Below, in pieces: positions 15,999-29,802 of a DNA stretch of 64,000 nt. The position numbers and the translations under genes are program-made. Under the pieces are notes generated by a model, which worked only from the letters and a program-made list of their open reading frames with translations, did not search any database and was not told where the DNA came from. Position 1 is the stretch's first letter. Each line of letters starts with the position of its first letter. This DNA comes from Eledone cirrhosa (lineage: Eukaryota): NCBI GenBank assembly GCA_964016885.1, contig OZ024741.1:35030001-35094000 (forward strand). Reading direction: 5' to 3'.

Positions 15999-17414
15999 GA
16001 ATGAATATTACATAATTTATCTACTAAATTTCGTAAACAAAAATAATTTTGTAAAACTAAATAATTTAAAATTGACTTCTTTTCAAAGTTGCACTTCCGG
16101 TATATCGTTGCCACCTCCACCACTTCAACTACCATATATGTAGAAAGAGAGAGTGTGTGATGTCAACACTTCCGGTGGCGATCACTTAAATAAACATACT
16201 AATTTTCTGTCACTAACTTTCTCCTAATGCAGTTTATATATAATATCGTCTTTTTTTAATGTATCATGGATTACGTTACTGATTACATAAGACAGTGTAA
16301 CGCAGTCTTCGTTCAATTTCTGTGTATATTGTCAATTACGATTTTATTTGATGTATCATCTCTACATGTATATATACCTGCGTATAATATCAATATACAC
16401 ACTACACATGCTAGCAGAAAACCACACGAAGGGTGGTTTTTCTGCTAGTTATCATAAATGCCCTAAGTTGCCTTACACTTCAAACTTTCGCGGTATTTAT
16501 CAATTGATTTTAACAAACGTGTTGTGCTAGTTATTAAATTTTTTAACTTTAAAACAATTGCCAGCATCTGGAATGTAGAAAAAACACGGCAGTAGTAACA
16601 GAACACATCCTTGAAATGAACTGAAAACTCTAACCAAGGTCTATCACGTTATTTTTTTACCATAGTGTTTTATGTGATACACTGTTACTTTCAGTTGACA
16701 TGGCCTTATATATAATTTAAATAAATCTATGGAATATTCAACCACATATAGGTTAATCCACGAGCTAGACGATCAGTTGATCAAACGACTGAATGTACAT
16801 TGCCGAAAACGGTGGAGCATCCATCATCATACAAAGTCGTGTAAACCTAGTAAGTAATAGGAGGAAAAAAGAAACATGTGACGACGCTTATTTCGATAAA
16901 TACAAAAGAGCTTGTGGAAAAAATAGAGAAAGAAACACCGCTTCGTCTTTCATTTAAAGTCAATATCTCATTGAACAAACGATAGTTTACGAAAGCATGG
17001 CACAGCTACAACCAGACAGAGAACCAGGTTAAAAGAAAATCCTATGTGGAAAGATCTGACAAACAGCACCAGAAGCAATAAATAGTGAAACAGTGTCTCT
17101 CTCTCTCCACACACACACACGTTGCTCTGATACAGTCAACACTGAATGTAACAACTCCACACATAATGGTGAAAAAATAAATGCCAGCGTTCCCTGCCAA
17201 AGGCTTTGTGGAAAAGAGTCACGTATTAAAGTCTTTTGATCAACAAAGATATACAAGACAATCTAATGATACAAAGCTAATTACTGATTAAGTTCCAGCT
17301 AAAGTTCGAAAACATGTTTTAAGGAGCTAACCTTCGCCATGTGTCAGCTATATCACCTTTGTTTCATTTATGACATGTTTACCCAGTAGACAACTGTCTG
17401 TGATACTTAACCAT

Positions 17415-17607
17415 AATAATTGTTTCTACTTTTGGCACAAGGCCAGCAATTACCCAGTGCATTACTGGTACTTTATTTTTATCGATCCTGTAAGGATGAA
17501 AGGCAAAGTTAACCTCGGCGGGATTTGAACCCAGGCCATAAAGGGCCGTAACTCTTTGCTGTAAAGCATGGCGTCAGACCCTCTACCGATACTGCCAATC
17601 CACCACC
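17415..17607 (-). mobile_element. SINE family A, full length
   Basis: Head, core and tail all present on the minus strand. Confidence 0.85.
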
Positions 17608-18946
17608 ATACTCAACCATAATAATACGCCATGTATATCTATTTCTAGGTTCTAACCCTACGTTTGTCCCTGTAAATAGTTATTTTTCCAAGCTACTCAC
17701 ACATTTAACTTCCTGTCATTTGTATGTAAACTTGCTGCACATTTATGTAATTACATCCTAGAAATAAAATTATCTTCAATTATGTGCACGTATCAATAAT
17801 CAAGAAACTATAGGGTTTCTCTTATGAAAAGCACAAATTTCCCAGTTTGTATGATTATTCATATATCCGGTAATAATGGTTTATATGTCATCAATTCTAG
17901 GCTCCAAAAATTAAATACGTTTAACGAGAGAGACCCTTCAGAAGTATCAAAGACAACTCCTTAGTGCTGGTGCTACAATAAAATGCAATCGGGAGTAAGA
18001 TGCAGCAAACGTATGTAAGATGCAGGTCCCTGGTTCAACTGAGCGGTCAATAGCTTCCCTTAAGTATCAACTCGGTATGTGACGACCCGTCCAACTTATG
18101 ATGATGATGCTGATGATGATGTTGTCGGTGATAGTGTAAAAGCCAATAGTGAAGAGTCATATATCTAAACTCAAAAATAAAGTATATATTCAGGAAAAAT
18201 GGGTGGCCATTGTTATTGACATTGTTGGCGTATTGTCAACATGTTGTGAGATAAAGATTTAAGGATTACTTGGCGGAAGGATTCATAACCGTGGTTGTAT
18301 TTTCCTCGATATAGACATGAACTTTGTTGTCAAAACAACCCCACAAGATGGTATATAGAAATTGGAATAGAGCCCAATGGAAGGTATTCAGCACATGATA
18401 AACTCCATCTACTTGTTCAAAGTGCTATAAAGTAGGTTCTAACCTGGAAACACGTAGTTTCAAAAGGTTATTCTATAATCACAATCATAACAGATTCTTT
18501 CTATAAATTATTGATCTGGTGCGAACATAACAGGCGTAGTCTTCTTTTACTGTTTTCATAAAGCAGAGAACAAAAGTTAATCCTCATTATGGATGTGTAG
18601 AACTGTTTGGTTAAGGAGGTGGTAAGGGGGGTGATTTTCTCAAAATTATCCCCACAAAAACAAATACTACTTTTTGACAAAAGCTGTTATCAATCGACGA
18701 TACACAATGCACATTACACAACATCTAACTTTAAATAAATATGTTTTCTGTTCCTCTTAACAGCAATAATATATATTGTTTGGTCAACAGTTTTGTTAAC
18801 AAACTAGTTGGCATTCTTTTGTTCGAGATTTAGTTATACTGTTTAGTCACATTCGACCAATTGTTCTCCTCGAATATGTTTGAACTCGTTTAGGGCTGCT
18901 GAAGGAATATCGTACTGAACAGTTTATTGCAGGAATGGTTGCCAAG

Positions 18947-19028
18947 ATGTATGTATGTATGTATGTATGTATGTATGTATGTATGTATGTATGTATGTAT
19001 GTATGTATGTATGTATGTATGTATGTAC
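18947..19028. repeat. (ATGT)n microsatellite
   Basis: Perfect tetranucleotide run. Confidence 0.95.
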
Positions 19029-19142
19029 CTGTAACTCCTGATGGAGTCGCAGGGCACTTTAATTTCGGTGGAGTCCAACCCCTCTCCATGTCTGAATATA
19101 GCCAATTTCTTCCAGAGAAGGAGAGGGAGTGGGAAATAAATT

Positions 19143-19232
19143 TAGATGAGGAATCGACCCAATACTGGAGACTGGTACTTTTTTTATAGACCTCGAGAGG
19201 ATGGAAGGTAAAGTTGGGTGGATTTGAACTAA
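19143..19232 (-). mobile_element. Old SINE family A fragment
   Basis: CTGGTACTTTT...GACCTCGAGAGGATGGAAGGTAAAGTT...GGATTTGAACT is a diverged core. Confidence 0.6.
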
Positions 19233-20299
19233 GAGGATAGTTTTTGGCAGATTGTTTCAGTGGCACTTTTCTTGCTGATTAACCAACAAGATACCATTTT
19301 TCTTCGTAGAATTCTTGCTTCCTGAAAGGAGAATTATGTGAAGGTGGTATTCGTTTGATTGTTTCATCATAACGCATTTTACAGTATTTTAAAAGATTTA
19401 TCATTTCTCTAGTTAGTAAGAGTTTCCTCGGTCGCTGAACTCGTTCTTCTAGCTGTTATAGCATTTACAATCTTTATTGCCAAACCTCAACGAACACCGT
19501 TTATATTTTCTCAAATTTCAGCTTCAGCTTTCAGAGTACATTTTTATTTACTCATATTAGGTGTTGCATAGACTCTTATTTCTCTTTCATTACGTATCTG
19601 AGATATATTGTAACTTGCTCAACCTTGCTCACGTCAGTTGTTTCATCAAAGAGAATGCAGTACCCTAAACACTGCTTAACACTATTACGTCATTGTAGCA
19701 ATTAACATGATAAACAATTCTCTCACTGCACACTTTTATTCAGAGTGTGAATACCAGTTGTAATTTTGGATAGTTTGTGCAACTATATTTTTGTTTGCGC
19801 AAATGTTTATATAAAATTAGTCTTCTCCTTCGCCCACTTATTCCTGAGAGGATCGTCTCCAATTGATCCGACTGGATCCCCAACTATCTTACTCGGGGTC
19901 TACCCCTGGGGCTCCTGCCGGCTGGTTTTGCCCGTAAAATGTGTTAAATGATTTTTTACTGAGGCATTCTAACCCCATGCCCATAATATTCCAACTGTGA
20001 TCTCTCAATTCGGAGAAGAAGCGGTTCTACCTGGAGTGACTCTCTGATCTCCGAGTTACACTCTATCTTGTGATGTTACTCCAAAGACATCCATGAATAT
20101 ATAAAATTCTTTTTATTAAAATTCAATTTTCAATGTATCATTTTTGAGCGACTTTACAAGAGAAGGGGCTGAAATATATTCTCTAAAACGGGAGGAGGAG
20201 TGGGAAACGTTGCGTAGAGGCTCTCTCATTGAAAATATTGTTGACAGGTGGAATTCCTGCTCTTCTTGCTACATTCAGGCTGATTTCTTGCTTGAGCCC

Positions 20300-20880
20300 T
20301 CAACTGATTAAGTGGTAGGGGCACCGTCGTGATATGCGTGCCAGATCTTGGGTCTCCGCTAACCATCTGCCAGTCCATTCTTTAATGTTATCTGCCCACC
20401 TCACCTTTTCCCCCCTCCCACAATGGAATGGTCTATACCATAGGATCTTATTACAGAACCATACAATTTCAGTTTTCTTTTCTTCGCTGTTGTGGAGTCT
20501 CCATGTGGAACAATATAATACTGGATCATTTTCTGGGCCTACTCCTTTGTGATGTAGTCTACGTGTAAGATATTGCATTTGCATGTCATTCCCAGTGTCT
20601 GTATATTTAGATTTACATACCCACCTTGATAAAACATCTATCAAGTTGGGAATGGAAATCAGTGCTCCCTCCATAAAGAAGTCAGACTCATTACAAATGC
20701 CAACAGTGTCATCACCAGTGACATCTCTGTAGTACAAGGACGAAAAAATGAGTTAGTGCAGCAATTTAAATACATTGGGGTGATAATTTATGATGAAGAG
20801 TCAATATCAAAATCTTGACAAGAACCACACAGTCAATGATTGCACTAACTAAACTCAAGCCAAAATGGATCAATAGATAT
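20300..20880. mobile_element. Decayed RTE-like LINE fragments in opposite orientations
   Basis: Minus strand gives RGEKVRWADNIKEWTG (20300-20560). Plus strand gives a VQQFKYIG-like motif near 20757. Confidence 0.5.
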
Positions 20881-21179
20881 TCAAGATGTCTTGAGCTCAA
20901 TACTGCAAGATTAAATAAACACTATTTAAAAACATGGGACAAAAATAACATCCCCTACTACTTGGTGATCAGATATCTTTAGCAGAGTTCACTCTGTTGC
21001 AAAATCCCCTCCAGATACCTCATACAGCTTAATAGACTGGGCCAGCGAAAGGTGTGTGTGTTCGTCATAAAACTGTAGTGTCAGTGACGAGACACGAACC
21101 ATCGACCTTTCGGTTTGTAATTCCACTCCATATGAACTGATCCACATAATTGCATGAGTTGAACGTGTCTTTTCCAACT

Positions 21180-21530
21180 TCCCTCAATTTCTTGCGTTCC
21201 TTCAACAGTTCCACTGTGCCGTCGAGCGTTCTATGATCAGCTTTCACCACATCTTCCCAAGTCTTCTTTTGTGTACAGCTACTTTCTATTTGGAACTCCT
21301 GGCACTTCTTCACATAACAATCATCAATTATGCGCTGTATGTGCGCGTACCAACGCAATCTTCTCTCCAAAACACCACATCTGATTACTCTTATATCCTG
21401 TTTTTCGCTCAACTCATCTGTGCCTCACCTCCCCTACACACCAACATTACATATCCAGTGGAGTGTGCTAGCCTCATTTCTTTCTAATATTTGCACATCC
21501 TTTGTATTCAATGCCCACATCTTATTACTC
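21180..21530 (-). mobile_element. Decayed RTE LINE C-terminal fragment
   Basis: RRLRWYAHIQRIIDDCYVKKCQ...KKTWEDVVKAD, homologous to ORF 4-381. Confidence 0.8.
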
Positions 21531-21776
21531 AAGTAAATAAATAATCAAATAGATAAATAAAATTGATATTTATATTAAAGTTTACCAACACCGGCAGGAG
21601 TGAAATACAAGGATTGAATAAGGTTTATAAGCGCCATGGAACCAAATTTTGTGGCATTCACGCCTTCTTTCGTGAACCTTTTCAGGGGCTGCTAGACTAG
21701 TAGGGGGAAGAGGGTAAGTTATCCTTTGGCCAGAGTCCTGGCTAAAATTATTTCAGCAGAGTGAACTTTGTTAAAG

Positions 21777-21921
21777 TGAAGGCGCATGGCTTAGTGGTTA
21801 GAGCATTGGGCTTGCAATCGAAAGGTTGGGAGTTCAATTCTCGGACCGGGTAATGTGTTGTTTCCTTGAGCAAGACACTTTATTTCACGTTGCTCCAGTT
21901 TACTCAACTGTAGAAATGAGA
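21777..21921 (+). mobile_element. tRNA-derived SINE family B (CORE-like), 5' part
   Basis: A-box TGGCTTAGTGG, B-box GAGTTCAATTC, and CORE-like TTCCTTGAGCAAGACACTT. Confidence 0.75.
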
Positions 21922-22544
21922 TGATAGGACTGGGGTCCCTATCATTAAAAACACCCAAGAAACCTCCAATGAGATACAACTTTGGAGGAGGCCAGCTAAA
22001 CCTGCATAGATGTGATCTGTAACAACAACAACTCTGTTAACGGCACCCAAAATCAGAGATGGTGGCATCAATCCAGGTAATGGATTAAGTCTACTAACAT
22101 ACTGTCTTGAAAAAGGAAGAATACATTAGATAATGTACTTCACTGTTTGAAAAAATAAATAGATGGGAATGTCATGACTGAAATGTCTTTGATCATAGTT
22201 CTGTTCCATTTGGGTTAACTTGAAGTTAAATATCAACAAAATCAGCTCCTGGTCCCTTCAAATATTTAGACTGAGCATCACTGATATAAATCTTTCCAGA
22301 CTGAGAGGGCCTTCAAAGTGGAACATGACTACTCCGAGGAAGGTGAGAAACTCCTCTTAAAATTCAAGAATGCTGGAAGTTTTTGTTTAAGGGGAGGGGT
22401 CAGATACACACGGTGCCCTTCTTTGGCCTGCCAGATCCCGGACCGATGTACCGATTCAACAGACCTTAGTCATAGGCCCAAAGTCCTACCAACGACTAAC
22501 TTGGTAGTAACGATGGATCCACAGTCTGTTTCGACGGTGATCAT

Positions 22545-22695
22545 TCAGCCGTTCGATCAACTGAACGTCCTACTCATGAATTAACGTGTATGTGGTTGAG
22601 TATTCCGGAGACATTTGTAATCTTAACGTAATTTTCTGTAAAAACCGGCGCGGCATAATACGTGACACGGCTGGTCTTTTAACTTACAGGTACAA
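22545..22695 (-). mobile_element. SINE family B, 3' part
   Basis: Reverse-complement similarity to 34725-34850. Confidence 0.55.
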
Positions 22696-22702
22696 TCCAT
22701 CC

Positions 22703-22862
22703 GACGGGCTTTCACAGTTTCTGTCAACTCATTATCACTCACAAGGCTTGAGTAAACCCGAGACTATGGTGAAAGCATATACTCAAGATTCCATGCATGA
22801 GGATCAAATCTGGGACCTTATGATTACGAAGCGAACTCCTTAGCCACTCAGCCATGTCTGCT
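22703..22862 (-). mobile_element. tRNA-derived SINE family C, decayed
   Basis: CACTCACAAGGCTT...CCCGAGACTAT..., with a tRNA-like head ending CTTAGCCACTCAGCCATG. Related to 23530-23677 and 25075-25390. Confidence 0.65.
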
Positions 22863-23529
22863 TCCACTCCGACTAACTTATGAAATAAAACTGACTTCAA
22901 AAGAACAATATACCAAAATGATGGAGTTTCTAAATTTCTAAAAAAAAAAAAAAAATAATAATAAACCTATAAATGCCTCAACGTAAATTAAATGTAAAAT
23001 GATTTGTTGTTTTTTTACCTCAGAAAAAAAAAAATTAACCAGCGAAAGTAAGGGAAATGAAGGAAGAGAGGCAGACTTTACGTCCCTGTCTTAGCGGTAT
23101 ATCTCAGCTGCAGTCTGTGGACAAGGTGGTGAAGGTATTGCCGTGAAGAATAAAAACCGCTAGCGACATCTGCAGCATCAATCACTCCACCTGATAGGGT
23201 TCCTCTCTCCGGCGGGACGTACTCCTCTCAATTTTGTGGAGGAAAATGGCAGTTCGGGAACTGGGAATACCAGAAGTCAAGATGGTGACCGGCACCAAAA
23301 GCAAGCGGTCGGTCAAGACCCGGCATTTTGGTTACTTTTCGTTCCTTTGTGTTACGGGCAGCACTGCCTGGATTTGTAACCGAAGCGACAAGGCTGGAGG
23401 CAGAGCATGTGTTGCGGCACGTGAGGGCCCAGATTTACTTTTCTTGAGTGGAAAGACGGTTAAATTGAGATAGAAACCGAAAAGTGAAACTAGATTTCCG
23501 ATTCTATTAAATGGGAGCTTATTTATATC

Positions 23530-23677
23530 CTGTGCGGTTCCACACATTCTCCGCCAACAGATTTCCCTCTCAAATTAGTTGACCAGGCTATAGTAGAAGC
23601 CCAAGTAGTTGCATAGTCAATGGAGTCGAACCTTAAACAACATTGTTTCTTTGCGAACTTCTTAACCTCACAGCCAA
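23530..23677 (-). mobile_element. SINE family C, decayed
   Basis: AGGCTATAGTAGAAG...CCCAAG...GAACTTCTTAACCTCACAGCCA. Confidence 0.6.
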
Positions 23678-25074
23678 CGTCTGAGACTACCTGGAATACT
23701 GTGAACAGGGGGTCGAGACCCTATAACTCCATACTCACAAAAAGCTCTTTTACCTATCTTAAGTGGTTCTTAGTTACTCTGAGTTACTGAAGTGGCTCTT
23801 AGTTACTCTGAAATCTGTTTTCATGATTAAATCCGCAATCTTGTATTAAAATAAAAGCGAGTGTTTGTGACATTAAAGCAATTTCAGATCAGATTCAAAG
23901 CCAAACATTGAGTAAACGAAAAAGTTAACTAAACTCATGTTTTCTTATATGTATTTTTGTTGATAATAAATTACGCGGTTTTGGAAGTCGCGATTATTAT
24001 TATTATTATCTTTTTTTTTTTATAAGAATGATTCTTCAGATTGAAAAGACTCCTCACCCTTGCTATAACACATCGAGGTCAACACATTGAGGTCAACGTT
24101 CTACTGACGTTGCTATCACTACCGCCACCCTAAGTATCTAAAAACGATTTGTTTGCGAGTTAAGATCACAGACACTTCCGGCATTGTAAGCTTGATGGAG
24201 AGGGTGGGGGACTAAAGTTCTGGTAAGCAGGAAAGAGGACAAGATCCAGATCCCATCAGGAAAGTGGGCCTGCCCAATATTTAGAAAAAGAGTAGGTAGT
24301 AACTCTATATGATGTACACAGGGTAAATCTTTGGTTCACAAGAGGTGTAGGTAGTCTAACAGAAAAGGTAAACTTTGCATATGGCAGATGCACAGGGATA
24401 GTTAGTAGTAGGAACACAAAGACAATAAACGTTTTCCACTACCAGGAAAGTTCCTTACAAGTAGCTGATAGCTTCTGTTACCTATGTATAATTTTTGTTT
24501 ATTACCTTTACAAACTAGGAAGCGCTGATGAAATATATTCTCTAAAAAAGTGGTAGTTTAAAAAAAATAGTTTCGATAATTATCCTCCTCTTTGACCCTC
24601 ATTGGTGTCTCGGGATGCACAACCTTTGGTGATCATCCCACGACTCCAAGGGCAGGTCGTAAGTCCATCACCAGTTTGAGATTACGATGGAGACTACGAT
24701 GTATTCTCACAATTTACGAGCAAAGCCAATCGACAGGAGATCCAGAGGTAGAATACGAGCAAGATGGTTGGATAATAACCCTGAGTGCGGTTGGTCTTGT
24801 TGGAGACGCTTGCTTCTTATGAGACCCTGTAAAAGACGTGTTTAAGGACTTTGCCCTCACGTCTACCCCAGAAATAATTGGAAGAAGAGGGCTTTTTTTT
24901 ATAAACACCACAACTTTCGTTTTAAGTCAGCTGGCATTTTTAGAAATAATAAATTAGTCAGGGTGGGGTATGGGCAGGGGTTTTACAGGCCCTGCCTGTC
25001 TAGTTTGAAAAATGTAACTAATACCAAGCCGGGATTTAGAGACATTAACGTTACGAAACAGTAAAGAAATTAAT

Positions 25075-25390
25075 TTTTACTAGTTTCACTTATTTGACTG
25101 TGGCCATGCTAGGGCACCGCTGTGCAGGAATTTAGGTCAAACATATCGATCCCAGTACATATTTGTTCAAGTCCAGTACTTATTTTACCGATCTCTTTTT
25201 TGTTGAATCGCCAAGTTAGGGGATATACTCAAACAGTAAACAAGCACGCACATATATATCCGATAGACTTGCGAAGCATTGGTCTCCCCAAGGCTATATA
25301 ATAGAAGACTTGCTGAAGGTGCCCCGCGATGGCACTGAATCTGACACCACGCGATTGTCAAGAGAACTCCTGAACGACATAAGCTATTAT
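25075..25390 (-). mobile_element. SINE family C, near full length and decayed
   Basis: Tail TTTGACTGTGGCCATGCTAGGGCACCGC, body ATCGATCCCAGTAC, head GGCTATA...AGAAGACTTGCTGAAGGTGCC. Confidence 0.65.
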
Positions 25391-25706
25391 TGCTTATGAA
25401 GAAACACGGAGAGGGGGCAGAGACTGACCACTGGACGCTGATATTTGGTTTTGAATCTGTTCTGATTTCGAATCCCACTGTAATGACTGAAAAAATAATG
25501 AATATGCCGAGGAAAAGATGTAATCAATTACCCCAGCCCTCCCCTCCCTCTATATTTGTGGTCCTTTGTTAATTTAAGAAAGTAGTTCTTTGGATTACAT
25601 CAAAGATCCCCAAACTTTTTAGATCATCGTAGAATCCTTGACCCCATGGACGTACAAAATAAATGAGTAAATAAATCAATAAACAAAATATAGTATATAT
25701 ATATAT

Positions 25707-25869
25707 AACAAAGGAATTGTGGTAAGGAACCAGATGGACCATAACGCAGCAGAGTACTCAATACTTAGGGTAGTAGAGTGGGAAATAGGAAAAAGTATGA
25801 CCCTGACGCAGAGCTCAATAGCCGTCGAAATGGCTTGAGCTCTGCCGTCGGGGTCATACATTTTCCTAT
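25707..25869 (-). mobile_element. TA-embedded fold-back element with hammerhead 3' half (family P, copy 1)
   Basis: Inverted arms 25785-25869 contain GAAA-(t/c)ggc..gccg-TC-ggggtc. An approximately 80-nt tail is shared with the copies at 31041, 32333, 47841, 49236 and 60350. Confidence 0.7.
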
Positions 25870-25961
25870 ATATATAAATATATATATATACACACACACA
25901 TTATATTACACACACACACACACACATATATATATTACACACACACACACACACATATATT

Positions 25962-25999
<38 letters not shown>

Positions 26000-26139
26000 G
26001 TGCGTGTATGGGTGGAATATATATATATGTAATCGGAATACTAAAAACAACAACGCAGGAGTACAAATGTAAATAACAAAGCAAATAACACAGTACATTG
26101 AAGAAATATATTAGTTTAACACTTGAAATAACAGAAAAA

Positions 26140-26172
26140 GAGCTTATTAACTTTTCGGACACTAGTCCTTCA
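26140..26172 (-). ncRNA. Truncated hammerhead 3' portion
   Basis: Minus strand: TGA-a-GGAC tagt GTCC-GAAA-agttaa-TA-agctc. The 5' part is lost into a TA run. Confidence 0.35.
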
Positions 26173-26242
26173 AATATATATATGGAGTGTCTGTGGTGCG
26201 AAGGTCGAGAATACCACGAATCAGAGTAGTACTTGATGCATG

Positions 26243-26417
26243 GTGGGTTGCAGAAGGGGTATACTGAAGCAGACACGTGCAGAGTGGGTATATTGAAGCA
26301 GACACGTGCAGAGTGTGTTGCAGAGTGGGTATACTGAAGCAGACACGTGCAGAGTGGGTATACTGAAGCAGACACATGCAAGGTGGGTTGCAGAGTGAGT
26401 ATACTGGAGCAGACACA
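26243..26417. repeat. Minisatellite, 29-42 bp units (GCAGAGTGGGTATACTGAAGCAGACACGT)
   Basis: About five imperfect tandem units. Confidence 0.85.
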
Positions 26418-26463
26418 AAAGAATAGTTATATATAAATCAGAAACTTGTATAAACAAGTTGTA

Positions 26464-26598
26464 TTCGCCGAGGTTTACTTTGCCTTTCATCCTTACGGGG
26501 TCGATAAAATAAAGCACCAGTAATGCACTGGGATCGATATAATCGACTTTCTCCTTCCCCAGATTGCTGGCCTTGTACCTATATTAGAAATCATTATT
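26464..26598 (+). mobile_element. SINE family A (long-tail variant), 5' truncated
   Basis: Core plus GATATAATCGACTT...TTGCTGGCCTTGTACC tail. Confidence 0.8.
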
Positions 26599-27228
26599 TT
26601 ATGAATTTCCATTTTTTATATACGTGTCGGGATTTGACCCATAATTTCAGTCAGTCCCCCTAGGTAACCTTTTATGCCACTTTATGGGCACCCCTCAACC
26701 AGATGCATTGATATTTTCCGTGGAGGACTGAGATATGATCAATTGATCCGATATCTGTATATTATCGAACCTAGTCGGGGGAAGAGATGACCAATTTAGT
26801 TCTGACGAATTTGAATTTTTTTTAATGAAATCCAAAAGCATATGTAAAGTACGAGACTGTCTCTTCTCTACTGTACCACTTAAACCATACTGTACTCCAT
26901 CGTACAGTAATAAAATAACAGAATATTTTGCTTATGTTGGAACCCAAACTTCTAAACAGAAATAAATATATGCACGTATATTCCAGATATATATGTATGT
27001 ATGCTCAACTATGCTCTCAAACACGATATATTATAAATTAAAGTAAAAGAGCGGGAAAGCAAGAATGAGAGAAGGAAATATTAATAGATACAATCACATA
27101 GAAAACCCTGAAGCAAGAAAAGTGTATAAAATGCTAGTTGTAAGAAACAGGAGGGGGCAACATAAAAACAACAAAACAAAAGTTAGCGGTTGCTAAAATA
27201 CACACTTGTAGATTATATATATACAAAC

Positions 27229-27700
27229 CTGTCCTTTTTTGTAGCATTCCATCAACGGGTGGTGGTGGGTGCAGTGGTCGTGCCCACGTGACTACCGGTC
27301 CACATTTGGGGATATCCAATATAAGTAAGAACAAGGCCCAAAACAGGAGATCTGTTAACGATCGCAGTCCATATTTTCTGGCAATAGCCGCCAACTTGGC
27401 AAAGAAGACACCATAACGAGAATAAGCTGTGGTAGTTACAGTGCTGTTAGTTTGAGAAACACTGTAAGAGAGCAGGCCGGCTTCCTGGTCGGCGTTGCCA
27501 TATCTCTCCAGAATACCATCGTCTTTGTCAGTTTTTCTTGGAGAAATACTATCCTGGAAAAGCGTGACGTTAATAGTGACATCTCTGCCTGTTGTGGTCG
27601 TCGTAGTAGTTGTTGTTGGCACCACGACACTGTGGGTAGTTGAGCTGGTGGGTGCTATAGATGTTATGGTGCCGGTAGTAGCAGTAGAAGGAATGGTCAT
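27229..27700 (-). CDS. Possible host coding exon: Thr-rich N-terminus followed by a hydrophobic (signal/TM-like) segment
   Basis: Open frame from ATG at 27700 (the ORF-track start at 27853 is TTG). Non-repetitive peptide includes LLFWALFLLIL. Ends at AG|GTTTGT, a plausible splice donor at 27228. No homology recognised. Confidence 0.35.
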
Positions 27701-28249
27701 GCTTACTCTCGCTGCTGCTACCGTCGTTGATGTTATTGCTGCTGCTGTTGTTGTTGTTGCTGCTACTACTACTACTGATAGTGACGGTGTTGGTGAATAT
27801 GTTATTATTGTTGTTGTTACCCCGTTGTTAAAGATGGGTACTTCCAGCGGCAAGTGACTCCTTCTTGTCTATTGCTCAGACAGAGATATACGATCTCTTT
27901 AGGAGGTCTACTTTTTTGGCTCATATAGTTTCCCTTTCCAGCCCATCCAGCCATCTCTCTCTTTCTCTCACTCACTCTATCTTTCTCTCTTTCTCTCTCG
28001 GTTTAAATCTCTATATAACTGACTATCTTTCTATTCTTACGTTCTGTCTGCACTCTCTCTCACAATTTCTATCCTTCTCTCAGCCACCCCAGAGTTTCAC
28101 TCTGCCCTTCCCCACTATGTCTGCTATAATACACTTGCCAAGAAAATAAGTTAAAGAATTGTTTTAGGGTATTTTTCAATTTTCTATGTAGAACTTGTGT
28201 ACAGTGGCCAGACGTAACTCTTAGAAAATTAGTAATATTTTACTGATTT

Positions 28250-28770
28250 ATAATATTGGTTTCTTATATAGGCACAAGGCCAGCAATTTGGGAGGAGGGG
28301 AAGTCGATTAAATCGACCCAGTACGTGACTGGTACTTTATTTTATCGACTCCCTAAGGATGAAAGGCAAAGTTAACCTCAGCGGGATTTGAACTCAGTTT
28401 ATAATATTGCTGTCATAACACCAACAATATTATTTTTGTACCAGCAATTAACCACTGGTTGATTGCTGACCTTGTACCAAAAGTAGGAACAATTATTTTT
28501 ATTAGTATTATTATGTTATTATTTCTATATACCCCCCACACACACACACACACACTTTGTGTAACCTGTCTTTGCAATGTCCCCTCCATCTGACACCCCC
28601 GTAGAAAATCATCATCATCATCATTCAAATCCCGCCGAGGGTAGCTTTGCTTTTCATCCTTACGGGGTAAATAAAATAAAGTACCAGTAACGTACTGGGT
28701 CGATTTAATCGACTTTCCCCTCCTTCCAAATTGCTGGCCTTGTGCCTATAGTGGAAATTAATGTTATTGT
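28250..28770. mobile_element. Cluster of SINE family A copies (28250-28397 minus; 28438-28500 plus, tail only; 28624-28770 plus)
   Basis: Core motif present in both orientations. Confidence 0.8.
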
Positions 28771-29330
28771 TAGTAGTAGTACTAGCAGTAGCAGCAGCAG
28801 CAGTAGTAGTAGTAGTAGTTGTTGTTGTTGTAGTAGTAGTAGTTGTTGTTGTTGTTGCTGTTGGTGTTGCTGTTGCTGTTGTAGTAGTAGTAGTAGTAGT
28901 AGTAGTGGCAGCAGCAGTGGTGGTGGTGACAATTATAGTAACGATGGTGACGACGACGATGATGATGATGATGGTGGTAATGATGATGATGGCGAAGACG
29001 ACGACGATAGTAACGATGGTGGTGATCAAGACGATGGTGGTGACGATGGTGGTGCCGATGGTGGTGACGATGTGACGATGATGGTGACGATGGTGGTGAC
29101 GATGATGGTGACGATGATGGTGACGATGGTGGTGACGATGGTGGTGACGATGTGACGATGATGGTGACGATGGTGGTGACGATGATGGTGACGATGATGG
29201 TGACGATGGTGGTGACGATGGTGGTGACGATGTGACGATGATGGTGATCAAGACGATGATGGTGGTCATGATGATGTTGATGGTGATATTGTTGGTGGTG
29301 GTTGTGGTGGCGATGGAAATAATGATGTTG
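28771..29330. repeat. Compound trinucleotide array (TAG/CAG/TTG/GAT/GGT; 9-mer GTGACGATG units)
   Basis: Seen directly; it grows out of a SINE tail. Confidence 0.9.
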
Positions 29331-29349
29331 ACGCTTGTTTTGTTTGTTT

Positions 29350-29665
29350 GAATGTATGTGTATGTGTGAGTGTGTATGTGTATGTATGTGTATGTGTGTG
29401 TGTATGTGTGTATATGTATGTGTATGTGTATGTGTGAGTGTGTATATGTATGTATGTGTATGTGTGAGTGTGTATATGTATGTATGTGTATGTGTGAGTG
29501 TCTGTGTATGAGTGTGTGAGTGTTTATGTGTGAGAGAGAGTGTGTATGTGTGAGTGTAGGGATGTGTGTGTATGTGTGAGTGTGTGAGGGTGCTTGTATG
29601 TGCATTTGTGTGTGTCAATGTGTATGTGTGAGAAGGTATGTGTGTATATATGTATGTATATGTGT
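29350..29665. repeat. Degenerate (TG)/(TATG)n array
   Basis: Seen directly. Confidence 0.9.
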
Positions 29666-29802
29666 GGTTTGTAAAGCAGTTCAGTTATATGTATATGTAA
29701 TATATGTTATATTTTTTTCTTACTTCCATGAAGAACCCCAACCTTAGTCGCCCCCTACACACACCTCCAAAGCTTAACTCAACCCTTAACTCTCTCTCTC
29801 TT

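Noticed and set aside
23050-23510. GC-richer island as a host exon
   Set aside because: Only short ORFs, with no recognisable motif or convincing splice pair; it cannot be supported.
26243-26417. CRISPR-like array
   Set aside because: Adjacent repeats without unique spacers, in a eukaryotic context with no cas genes.
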